In this document: one piece after another, positions 52,633 through 64,000 of the stretch
Position numbering within the stretch: the first letter of the stretch is position 1
Layout: each line of letters begins with the position of its first letter
Assembly (NCBI RefSeq): GCF_964355755.1
Contig: NC_092672.1
Span: 9,858,001-9,922,000 of the forward strand
Direction: 5' to 3'
Length of the DNA stretch: 64,000 nt
Source of the DNA: Antedon mediterranea
Taxonomy: Eukaryota; Animalia; Echinodermata
Translations under genes and position numbers: made by a program
The notes under the pieces: model-generated
The model's input: only the letters and a program-made list of their open reading frames with translations
Databases searched by the model: none
What the model was told of the DNA's origin: nothing

Positions 52633-55284
52633 TTTTTGTATAAATTAAAGCCCAAAAGGAACAATAAACAATAATATCACAATAAAAACATACAATTCAA
52701 GATAAAATACATTTTCAAAATAATAGTTTAAAGCCAAGATACTTAATCAATCATAGTGTTCAATAGTTAAGTGTTAGAGTCTCTTTCCATGGTATTAATT
52801 AGGTATTATTGAAGCCATTGTAACTACATTCATAAACTATACAATACTAAAAATAATATTTAAATACATAGTTGATAAACAGAAGTTGCTCTACTAATAA
52901 TTACGATGATTACAAAAACTAACTAAGTTATAAACGTGAACGATAACGACGGAGCCCCACGAGAACGATGTCTTTGATCATGTTGTATCTAAATTTATCT
53001 TGAACATCAATCCCTACGGCTGGTCGTTATATTATGCTCAATTTCATACTTTGAAGAAATAAATAAAATACTACTATAAAAAAAACTTATAAAAAGTAAA
53101 AAAATGAATCATTTAAAGGATGCCATTTTCAAAATTGTTACTACATACATTAAGTAGTAGCAAATCATATAGTATACTCAAGCAAACACTGCTTTTAACA
53201 TCACGTCATTTTTTTAAATGCGGTATAGATACATTTGTTACCTTTTAAACAAGTGATCATCACAACAGTGAACTATCGTTGTATGTAATAATGTTTTGTT
53301 TCGTTTATTATTTATATCGTATATCGACCAGAACACCATAATCACAATACATACAGTACAACATATGAAAATGCTTGGCAGTGTCGCTGTACTCAAATGA
53401 GCAAGCTACACATTATGTAGTATTAATATAACTGTTTATATGTTCCACGGGCATGATGGGTCATTAAAGCTTCTGGGGGAAACAAACCTAAGGCCACTTG
53501 TCGCTTATTGTCCAGTAAAGTGACAGGACCGCAAGTGATTTGACCAATCACATGCGATGCGAGCATCTTAACTGTCACTTGCTATTTGCTAGATTACTTG
53601 CGTTGTGCGCACTTGTCTTGTTTTGTCCAAGCAGGTTCTCGGTACAAGTAATTGGCACATTCTGTGATACAGTGTCACATATGTGTCCCAGGTCACACAG
53701 TAAGCCTAAACAACCATAACCTTAACACAATACAGCCACTGGAATCTGAAAATGTATGATGCTGTACATATTGCTAATGTGGAGATACAATACAGAAGAT
53801 TGGATGGAATAAGCGCCAAACATTTCAGAAAAACATACATATGATCGTGTGTTCAATCAGAATAATTTTCTTTGAAGTAATTATCAGTAAAATCTGTGTA
53901 GATGTAAAATGGATTGAAGTTCCGTATTGTATGGTTATCCTCTTAGTTCAAGAAGTGTATCGATCATCCTTTTTCATTTATTTTGTCACTTTGTTTAAAA
54001 TCTTTATAATACAAACGGACAGATTGAAAGCCACCAGAAATTAGTATTTGTCATGAGACGGAATTGGAAATCACAATAGCGAAACACTGTCATATAACCA
54101 TCCCGGTTTTTACAGGTTATCTGTTTAGTTCATAGTTCATATACATTTATTCAGTTATTATTAAACTGACAACAACAACTATGAGGCCCGCACTAGAAGA
54201 AGCTTGTCTCATGAGGGCCCCTACAAAACAAGTATGCAGAAATACATAAAAATCTGTTTTTACGAAACAATATTTGTATTGAAATAGCACTGACGAATGC
54301 TATTATACAATGTCATGGTTGATCAATATGGATATAAGCGTATGGACAAATGGAAAAGTGGAACTTTATCAACAAGTTTGATCATCTTATATGCCAGCCG
54401 ATTCTCTCTTCTTTGTCTTATCTTGTATCTATAAACCATGAACATTAAATATGTATAACATGTGACTTCTGTATCTTAGACACATTATCACACGTAGCAC
54501 TGATAACTAGAGATATTCAACAATTTATTCTAAGCATTTTAATATCCCACAACAATAATACGATGCATAATTACATGAATCAACTCAATAGTTAATTGTT
54601 TAAAATATTTCGAGATTAAACTAAAAAATAGAAAAATTATATTATAGATTGGCATTCCTGCTGTGAACATGAGTAATGTTGCAATAAATAAAAATGTATA
54701 ACATCTGGCAAAACATTTCATACCAAAAAAAGAGAACAATAATATCATTGATTGTTATTCGTTTCTATAGAAATACACATACATAACATGTTTTTGGCGT
54801 TTTAGTGTGACAGACGAATATTATTATGTCGCTCTGGCGCCAATTTAATGTTTAGTTGTTATGTTCAATGCTGGTTCTATAATTACGATGTGTGTATTCA
54901 ATGAGCCCATGAATATGTTTTTAGTTTACATTACAGTAGAAGATTGTCTCATAAAGTTATTAACTCAGGTGGTTTTCATTTATGTTTATTTTGTCTTATC
55001 ACATTATATTGTATTTAAATCCATTTAACGATCACGTGACTACATCATGCCAAGTTACCCTCTGACTGCATACAATGGAAGTATTACAATATAGACTGTC
55101 TTCTATAAATAAGATACATGCATTTTCGCAACCCGATGGGCGCGATTTCAATAATTCAATTGCATTGTATATTATTAGTTTTGTCTGTAAATAAATGTTA
55201 TAGAACTTAAAATGAAACTAGATACATCAAACAAGTCGAGGTGTTTAGTCCATAATAAGGGAGACTGCGGCTGACAGTTTCATC

Positions 55285-55900
55285 ACCGATGTTTAGCAAG
55301 CCGAAGACTTTTTTAGACCATTTTGAAAGTTTCATCAGCATGCGTCCAGCGAGCCAACGCGGAGCCAGTGTACTTTGTGACCATTTGACCGAGGTCTAGC
55401 AAGTCGAAGAGTCCATATATATGGAAGATTTTACAAATTATTACTGCGGGTTAGCAAACCCTAGTGTCAACGTTTATGAAAGTTGCACCAGCAATGAAAT
55501 TCAGCAAGCCAATGAATACTTTGTAACCATTTTGTCCGTGTTATCGTTTATGTTTAGTAAGCCAATGAATCCATGTATTGCGACCATTTTGAAAGTTCTA
55601 TCAAAGAAGTTCAGCAAGCCAAAATATACTTTGTAACAATGTTGTCAGATTCACCGTTCATGTTTAGTAAGCCGATGCATCTATTTATTTGGACCATTTT
55701 GAAAGTTTTATCAAAGAAGTTCAGCAAGCCAATGAGCCAAATTATACATTGTAACCATGTTGTCAATGTCATCGTTCATGTTTAGTTAGCCATTGCATCC
55801 ATGTATTGGTACCTTTTTAAAGGTTCCATCAAATAAGTTTAACAAGCCAAAGAGTCATGTACTAGAACAATTTAGTAATTGTATCAAAGAGGTTACCAAA
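55285..55900. repeat. Degenerate tandem repeat, ~55-bp subunits forming ~110-bp dimers
   Basis: Recurring (T/C)AG(C/T)AAGCCAATGA...ACCATTTTG, alternating GAAAGTTTTATCAAAGAAG and TCGTTCATGTT variants. Confidence 0.7.
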
Positions 55901-56536
55901 GTCAAGAAGATAATGTAGTTTTGGACAATTATATTGCATTTTTTTTTCTACTTATTTTATACAAACTTTACCAAAACTTTTGTTTAAATATCATTTTCTA
56001 ATCATTTCTGTCTACCTAAGGCAATTTAACGGCATTGTTAATGTATGTTTTTGATTATCGATTGAAATTGCAAAGTAAACTACTGCTTCAAATGGGAATT
56101 TAATTGCCAGGAGGGAGACTTGTGGTATTGAATTTAATTTGTTTCAAAGCTTAGTAAAATAAAAATTGTGACATGAAAATGACATAATCTTCATTATATC
56201 ATAAATCACAGAAATATTAGCTTTCTCTGCCTATACATGGACATTTCAATCGCTTGGCCACTTAATTGAAAATTCCGGAGTTATTGAAATATTTATTCCA
56301 ATTCAAATAGAATAATTGTTGTTATCGTTAAAAACAGAAGTACCGGTAGGCCTACAGAATAAAAAAAATAGCCTTTTGGGCACATTTTAAGCATGGTGAC
56401 AAGTCTAATGACTAGAATATAATTTTCAATTAATTTGCCATTACTCCCCACTTTATGATTTTAATGATTTCTTAGCGGATCACTACTACAACCAACCACC
56501 CCATGGCTATCTATAACTCATTATTCACAAAACATT

Positions 56537-56548
56537 TGCGCATGCGCA
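56537..56548. promoter_or_regulatory. Perfect NRF1/P3A2-type palindrome TGCGCATGCGCA
   Basis: Exact consensus match ~420 bp upstream of the signal-peptide ORF. Near matches at 33195 and ~43622. Confidence 0.35.
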
Positions 56549-56968
56549 GAACGATAGTTAGCTAAGCAGTATTACCTTTGATTAAGCTACTACGACGTCT
56601 TATATTTAAGAAAGAATAATATAAAATCACATAACTCCTCGTTTATCATTTCTTAGCACCTAACAGTTCATAGTAGGCATATTAATGACAATGTAATTCA
56701 TTTGGGCTATTTTTCGATACGTTTTTTACGTTTTATAATCAGTGTATTTATGGCGTTGGTAATTATATGTTGCATCAGGCTTATTATTCCACATATAGAA
56801 AAAAACAAATGTTGTTTCGTCAGTTAAATTCCAGAATTGTTAAAGAAGCCGTTAAAATCAATATCATAATTAAATTGACATAATGATCTACTTTTTATTA
56901 AGCAATTAAAAAAAAAATTCGATAGATTCCGGAATATGGGCATCAAGACGTTTACATAGCGACGCACT

Positions 56969-57092
56969 ATGGCGTTTAGTGTTGTGTTGTTACTTGTGTT
57001 GCTAAGTTGTCTTCTTAACCTGTACAATGCCTCACCGGCGGTTAATCAACTTTATCCAGTCGAAAATACTACCTCATATCCTAGAATGATAG
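56969..57092 (+). CDS. Possible signal-peptide exon (MAFSVVLLLVLLSCLLNLYNASPAVNQLYPVENTTSYPRMI)
   Basis: CACTATGG start context, hydrophobic core, small-residue cleavage region and an NTT sequon. The donor AG|GTTGTT is weak. Candidate acceptors at 57681 and 59046. Confidence 0.35.
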
Positions 57093-57959
57093 GTTGTTGC
57101 ACCCAGGGGACTTTTATATTAATTGGCTTGCTGTTTCATATCTTCGTGACAATGAGCGTAAATATAAATAATAGTTATATGGCAGAATATCAGTATGACA
57201 TTTTTGTTTTATTTTGGTTAGAGAAAGGAAGAAATTGTCAGTAACCTTATGAGACGACTGTCATCACTTTTGATGAATATACTTCTCGAGGGATTCAAAA
57301 GAAATTTACAAATTATGAAAATTAAAATCATCTAGAAGTGCATACATGAGTGTGAATATCGACATTTTATAACGTAAATAAATCGTGCTGGTTATAAAGT
57401 GTATTGTTTCAGTGTCCAAATATTGACGTGAAATCTTGTATACTCAATGGAATCAATTATATTATAGATCATCGGGATTATATCAACATAAATCCGTCCC
57501 GATGTGTTTTTTTTTTCTCCTTAAATTGGATTCTAATCTGTTGAGATGCATGCCCCATTTAACTCTAATTATAGAACAAAAATACGGTTTAAAAAACACT
57601 TTGATTTTTAGAATTGTTTTAGAAGCTTCTATGATAATATACCGATGTAAGTTATGTATCTGTTAATCTTCCGATTTACAGATGTCTGTGATAAGAAAGA
57701 AGTAGACAGTGAAAGTAAAAATCAAATTGTGCATAGATTCTAAATAAGAGCAGATCTCCCTATGTTTTATATGAGGGTAAAGTCGAAATGTATGTAAAAA
57801 TATGTACAAACTTCATCAAATAAGACAATGTTTACAACGCCTCGAAATTATAATGTAGTATCTAAAATATGTTTGTACTGAAAACGTAAAAAGAGCGTCT
57901 TCTTTTTTTTTAAATCAAATTTTCGTTTTTCATGAAGGTGAAAAATAAACGTTGAAACT

Positions 57960-58000
57960 TACCAACGTTTCGTGCGTTAGCATCGCACTTTCTCAAGGTA
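57960..58000 (-). ncRNA. Isolated Penelope-type minimal hammerhead with a U3-A8 variant core
   Basis: Minus strand TACC-TTGAGAA-A-GTGCG-ATGCTAA-CGCAC-GAAAC-GTT-GGTA: helix I TACC/GGTA, helix II GTGCG/CGCAC, and palindromic AACGTT at helix III. Confidence 0.6.
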
Positions 58001-58266
58001 GTGGTGTCAGCTTGGTTTGCCGACACTGATCATAGCGTCTTCTTTTATCTACTAGGTCTATATCGCGGAAGGTGTCAGACCCAGACTAGATTTTCTACCG
58101 TGTGCAAAATCTAATATCGAGATCTTGTATCCACCGATTTTCCGTAATTGTTTACTTTTTTCTAAATATAATCTGCAATAATTTGAGGAAATGTAACACT
58201 TTGAAATTAATAACAAATAATTATGCAAATGGACCTGTTGCTACGGTTTAAGAAGCATATGAAAAT

Positions 58267-58283
58267 TAGCGCCCCCTAACGGT
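58267..58283 (-). promoter_or_regulatory. CTCF-like motif
   Basis: Minus strand CCGTTAGGGGGCGCTA matches the CTCF core CC..YAG.GGGCGCTA. Similar cores at ~7050, ~43651 and ~46255. Confidence 0.35.
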
Positions 58284-58489
58284 TTATTATGATTTAATAA
58301 CCAACTCGATTTTAGATTCACCATGTCCCTTAATTTATATATTTAGGAAATTTTCCATAAGCAAATTCATTCACTATCCTTGCTAAAAAAAATAGGAAAT
58401 CCTGTTCACAAGATCTCGCTCTACATAAACAAAGTCTTATTACAAGGAGTGAAATTGTAATTTGTCAAATCCTGACATGATAGGACTTA

Positions 58490-58550
58490 GTGTCTCCAGG
58501 AACCCTGTATTGGTAGCCAAGCATCATAACCACCAAGCCACAACTCCACA
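58490..58550 (-). mobile_element. Degenerate tRNA-derived SINE head
   Basis: Minus strand TGGAGTTGTGGCTTGGTGGTTATGATGCTTGGCTACCAATACAGGGTTCC (A box-like). Confidence 0.3.
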
Positions 58551-61500
58551 CTGTATATATAGCAAAGGCCTAAATAAGCATATCTTACATATAGGTTAGA
58601 AAAAATGCAATCATCATATTTTGTACTACGCTACAGCTAAAAATTTGTTTAAATTATGATATTTTGCATAATGTTGATAACATTAGGCATAATACTAGGC
58701 CTTCTTTTTTACACCATCATTTTATCTGAACATCAAAAATCAAGCAGTTTTAATCATTGAGCGAAGTAGAAAAATCAAATATAGATTCCTTCTTTACTGT
58801 TGAATGAATGATTTAAGAATCAGCAAATGATTTAAGGTAACGGTTGTCATTGAGTCATTTATGTTTGTGCTTTGAGGCAATTTCGATACCAATTGTAAAT
58901 GTTATGTATTATTTAGAAGCGCAGTAAAGTCATATACGAAAGGCGGTTCTTTTAAATCGCTGCTGAAACTTAGCTTTTGGCATTTAACGGTAGATTTATC
59001 ATTTCAAACAAGAGTAAATTATAGCTAACGTTGTGTTTATCTACAGATATCATCAAAGTAACCTTGAACGGGCAAGTCGTGTGATTACCCACAGAATGCT
59101 CGTTAATACGTTGGATTTGAACATTATTCCAGTAGCTATAGGTCCACGTTTGCCCGAGGTACGCTTTCCGCTGACAAGCTCATGAGGAATTGACGTTCAA
59201 ACAGTCTCCACGTCAGCTACGGTGGAGTTGTACGACTTTACTCTTTATTTCTGTTTCTACTAAACTAATAAAAATTCAAATTAAGTTTAGATGCATTATG
59301 ACCTGCAGAGTTACTATTATAATAAGATACATACAAATTATACTTTTTCACAACTATATTAATTAGTTGTTTTTTTTAGGATTTTATATAGCTTCTATAT
59401 ATTAAATTCTATGGTACAATTAACATTAAAAAAGGTAAATAACAAATAAATGCAATGTAAAGAGGAAATTAAAAAATATTTTCCAAATCAAAATTAACAT
59501 TTTTTTTAGTTATTTCCATTTCTTCTATAATCCGTCGTTTGTCAATCAACAATGCCTTGAAAGAAACGGAAGAATTATATTCGTCGATCTGTGATTATGG
59601 GGCAAATGTTGTAATGTTGTCTGTAAACGGATGAGGCTATTGTAAACTTGGCAGTCTTTTCTGTGACTCTTTTCTTCAAATTCCGAGACAACCAACTGTG
59701 TATGACTATCTGTCCAAAGCGTTATGTCAGAGTCACCCTCCAGATCGATTGATTATACGAATAGTCTTCCATTTATTGACATCTGTAAAGGTCATTTATG
59801 TCTCCTTTTACCACTTCCTGCAGACGTCTAAAGTCATGGTTTTTACTTCTGACCGACACCGTCCTCAAAATAACTAATACATCTTCTTCTATCAATAAGA
59901 CAGTCTTAACAGGAAACATTTTCTGTACATATTCATATATTTATTAATGTTATAGACACAAACTTGTATAAATATAGGAAACATTTAGGACGGTCACTCA
60001 ATACACGTTAGGCCTGTCTGATAGTCATTTTTTTTCACATGTGAAATGATGTCTTTTTTACGTTATATGATATTTAAAAAACACCTTGTCGAAAAATTCT
60101 TGAGATGTGACAAAATCAATATGTTATCATGTTACTTCGATTAGAAGTTTCAGCAGACTCAATATTAATGGTATTTTGAACATCGTACATAGATATTACC
60201 GCCATAAATATAAAATGAAAATCAATTTAACACGTGAGTTGAGAGTAAATGATGTAGTTGTTATTTGAGCAGTGTCCCGACATTCTTTAATATCTAAAAC
60301 CTAGGTAAGTATTACAAATTAAGTGGAAAGCATTTGAAATTAATAGTCATTTTCTTATTACATTACCATTAGTTATTATCGATAGCAAGGTGACTTCGTT
60401 TTTGTGATAATTATATGTTATTCACGTAATGCAGTTCTCCTGTTTTCATTCTGTTTTTCCCTGGATTTTATCACCATCAACATGAGTAGACACTAAAATA
60501 ATTATACTGGTAACGGCCTTTTTGTTTTTCTATTGTATAATTAGGAGTTGCTGAACATATATCAGCATCAGAGTTAGGCCTACAATTAGTTTCAGAAGAT
60601 GGATGGATATACGTTGGTCATAATTGTAAAAAAAAGTTATAAGCCTAGGCCTACATACCAAGGAAGTCCTAGAGGCATATAATGTGTTAAAGTCAAAAAG
60701 CACTCCATCACCGACCGTATGCAGATAATTGAAATCACAAAATTGTTGCTGTCAAGTGACTTTGTTTAAAATCGGTGTTTACAAAGTAGAACAATGCAAT
60801 AATTATGTTATACATGACCCACTCTGACGGAAACCGGATCAAATTTTGCGCTACCAGGAAAAAAAAAAAAATAAAAAAATAAAAAATTGATATTTCGGTC
60901 AAATTCTGATTAAAAAAAAGAGATACATTTAATTTGTACCAAAATCCACTTTTAAAACACACAATTAATAATTATAATATATTAATTATTTTGATACACT
61001 CCAAGTTTCCGCCGATACAACATAATTATCTAATTTATGTGAAAAATCAATAGTTTATATAGATGTTGACGTACTTGGAGCCTTTAAAAGCTACTTTAGA
61101 CTTTGATTAATAAATTGCAAAGCATTGTGATACTTTATAAACATATATTATATTAGTTTTCCACGTCTTATTAAACCAGCGACATTTAAAAATGCCAGCA
61201 TTTTTTTTCTAATCAAAGGCATTGCATGTATTAGAGATACTCTTAAAGCGTTAGCAAATATAGTCGAAGGTGATGATTTATTTATGATTTCTAATATTAA
61301 CTCCGCCGATGATCAAACGCGAGAGTAATTTATTAGAATGGACATAACAGCAAAATGAACGAGGATTGAGTCTTTAAATTGATCATGTGAATCTTGCAAT
61401 CTTCTTTATTCACTCTTTGCTAGTTGATATTTTATTTATTCATCTTCTACGATATCCTAATACACGCGATCATGAAATAACACCACTTTTTCTTAACCAG

Positions 61501-61825
61501 TTCACAATAAACGTGTTTTACTCCATACATGATGCCAATCCAAGTAATAACATTGCAAGTTAAGTAAAGTAATTCTTTCATGCAATATTTTCCAAATATG
61601 TTTTTATTTTATATAGACCTACTTATTTTATTATTATTTAACGATCGAGATAAAAATAATATTCTCTGTAGTAGAAAAGTAAAATAATATTAACTATATT
61701 TCAGTTCACTGACATTTCTCTCGTTATAGGATTTATATAACAAATTGAGTTAGAATGTATTTATTTAAGTAATGTAAACAGAACAAAATATAATTAATAC
61801 ATAAAAATACAAACAATTTTCACAT

Positions 61826-62144
61826 GTGAGTGAGTGGCCGAGCGGTTAAGACAGTGGAACCGTAATCACGTAGCCATAACATCGGCAGGGGTTCGAGGCT
61901 CACTCACTCCATGGTTCTGGTGGTAGAACGAGTCTTCTCGGATAAGGACTATAAACCGTAGGTCCAGTGTACACAACTTGCTCGTGTGCACTTTAAAGAA
62001 CCTAGTACATCTTTCGAGACGAGTAGGGGGTTATTACCCCGGTGTATTAGTACATCACTGCCACTGATCACCAACTGGGCCCTCTGGGAGATCAGTCTTT
62101 GACTGAAGAGGTCACCCAGTATAAAGATAAAAAACAAACAAACA
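61826..62144 (+). mobile_element. Full-length tRNA-derived Deu/Nin-domain SINE
   Basis: A box TGGCCGAGCGGTTAAG and B box GGTTCGAGGC. Deu-like CTCGGATAAGGACTATAAACCGTAGGTCC..TTAAAGAACC..GAGTAGGGGG..CCCCGGTGT. 3' stem-loop TCAGTC-TTT-GACTGA and a (CAAA)n tail. Confidence 0.85.
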
Positions 62145-62201
62145 TACGTAAAAACATACGGTATACAAAATAATGTACATTACAAACTCATAAATAAATA
62201 A

Positions 62202-62270
62202 CTATTCATTAAAAACAATTGGTAATTGTTTGTAACAATTACCAAATTGGTAATTGTTTTTAATGAATAG
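62202..62270. repeat. Nested perfect inverted repeats
   Basis: Outer 19-bp arms CTATTCATTAAAAACAATT / AATTGTTTTTAATGAATAG; inner TTGGTAATTGTT-TGT-AACAATTACCAA. Confidence 0.8.
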
Positions 62271-63084
62271 AAAGAAACAAACATTAACGGCTATGAGATA
62301 AACAATACAAATATGAAGATACATGTATTTTGCTTTCTTTCTGTTTAAATTAATCTTAAACTTGTAAAATAATACTGACATGGAAGTCCCAGTGTTTTCA
62401 CTAACATTGCAAAAGTAGAAGCATGCAACGAGGATGTATCGATGTTTTTACAGCATTCAGAAACATTTGTTTACGTCTGTGAGTACAATTATCATTTTTA
62501 TTTTTCAAAATAATATGTTTATACATGAATACTGCCTGTTTTTATTACTTTATCCATGAAAAATCGACAAGTTTGTGTTTATTGCTGAAGAAATATCAAA
62601 TAATTCCTATAAAACTCGACACGCGTCTGACGTCACCGCGTATCATTCTATCTACAGGAGGATACATGTTGTTTAGAGTGACCCATGGGATGCTTATGTC
62701 TATGTATTTATACTGGTGGTTGTCGCTCTAAAATATGTTATCTCTTGTCGTTATTGATTCGATACAATCACCGGAATGTGTATTGAAACGGACAGAGTAA
62801 TATCATCATGATGGTCACTCAAGTCGCAGTTCTTTTTATAGTTAGATACCGTATAACAGTGCTGCTATAGTGACGCGTTTTTAAAAATATCCTGAATTAC
62901 AGAACAACCATTGAGTTCCCAGTATTTGCATTTGTATAAAAACAATAACCAATAACACTACTACAGTACTAAAGATAATCGACATGAACGATAATTTAAA
63001 TTTACATAATATGTGACATCGAACCATTATACCTTATTATTGAACTCAGTAGTTCGGTACCTCATTTTTTTTCACTTTTTTTTC

Positions 63085-63200
63085 TTAATCTTGTTCTCTT
63101 CTTCATCTTGTTCTTTTCTTCATCTTGTTCTTTTCTTCATCTTGTTCTTTTCTTCATCCTGTTCTTTTCTTCATCTTTTTCTCTTCTTTATCTTGTTATA
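63085..63200. repeat. Pyrimidine-rich ~17-21-bp degenerate minisatellite (TTCTTCATCTTGTTCTTT)
   Basis: About 6 tandem variants. Confidence 0.7.
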
Positions 63201-64000
63201 TCTAACAATAGAAAGTAGGTATACTATTTAGTTTTGGCCTAAACAGAAACTGGAATGTCAATCCATAGTGCCATCCAACTGAAGTGTAGACATTGCTTTA
63301 AAATGGCGCTCTAACCGAATCCTCTTGTGTGTTGTCGTTGACGTCACAATGTGGAAACTTTACATTACTTGATTATTTTCTTCGCTTTTGTACGCGTCTC
63401 TGATTGTTGATTAGTTTAAACGAGGACTACTTAGGATGCTTACATATCACGGCGTTATTCGGTTAAGTCTGTTAGATTCAATTTAAACTAATGTTCAAAT
63501 ATTCCGACTGCAGAGTACACATTCCTTAAAGATACGACATACTGTGATTTTCCTTCCATGTTAAAAACGTTGAGCCTTAATCGACGTCGCCAATCCGAAT
63601 TAAAAAATCAAGATTTTAGTAATTGTTATTATTATTGAAGACAATTTCACTGTTTTTGTTTTGAGAATTAAATATATTTTGAATTGAATTGGTTTAACTT
63701 AATAGAATATGTGTGTCCCACAAATACTGACTGAAAAAGTTGACCTCTTTGAGAAAAAAAAATTATAGTTTTGTCAGCGTCGGTTAGTTTTCCCATAGGC
63801 ATTGTCAGTCATTTTAAAATAAAAAATTCTCCAACATTGATCACATATCTGACAGTACAATCGACTAGATCATAGTTTGAATCCATATCCAGATCTACTC
63901 ATGATCTATGGGATTTCTAACACACTAAAAATGTTTTTTTTTTATGTATGTCGATTAGGGTCTGGGTAAAATCATCAACTTGAAAAGCCCTTACATATTA

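Noticed and set aside
51617-52643. 307-aa and 251-aa ORFs of 16-aa repeats on both strands
   Set aside because: They result from a stop-free 48-bp unit divisible by 3. There is no unique coding flank or splice support.
59520-59870. Coding-like minus-strand segment (IDLEGDSDITLWTDSHTQLVVSEFEEK...)
   Set aside because: It is bounded by in-frame stops, with no recognisable domain or consistent splice sites. It may be a pseudogene relic.
63013-63231. Hydrophobic ORF resembling a membrane peptide
   Set aside because: Translation of a pyrimidine-rich minisatellite.

Overview
AT-rich animal genomic DNA, mostly intronic or intergenic. It is probably a marine invertebrate deuterostome such as an echinoderm; this is inferred from Deu/Nin-domain SINEs, a Naiad-type Penelope-like element and heavy TAGGCCTA enrichment. 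I cannot recognise any complete protein-coding gene. There are a CCAAT/CpG promoter with a non-coding first exon (~3.6-3.86 kb), a signal-peptide exon (34805-34865), a second signal-peptide ORF (56969) and a candidate antisense two-exon start (43.3-43.55 kb). The clearest elements are: a 5'-truncated, inactivated Naiad-type Penelope-like retroelement (RT + GIY-YIG) sitting in (TA)n and carrying a hammerhead ribozyme; a second, isolated hammerhead with a U3-A8 variant core; tRNA-headed and 5S-headed SINEs sharing a Deu domain; a Helentron-associated (HINE-like) element with a tRNA-like cassette inside; RTE and L2 LINE 3' fragments; and many MITEs. A 4.6-kb satellite (48.0-52.6 kb) has 98-, 197- and 48-bp zones with higher-order periods of 392, 591 and 240 bp. 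Its monomer appears to derive from the terminal arm of a Harbinger-type MITE family that is present intact elsewhere in the window. All alignments and counts were done by eye.
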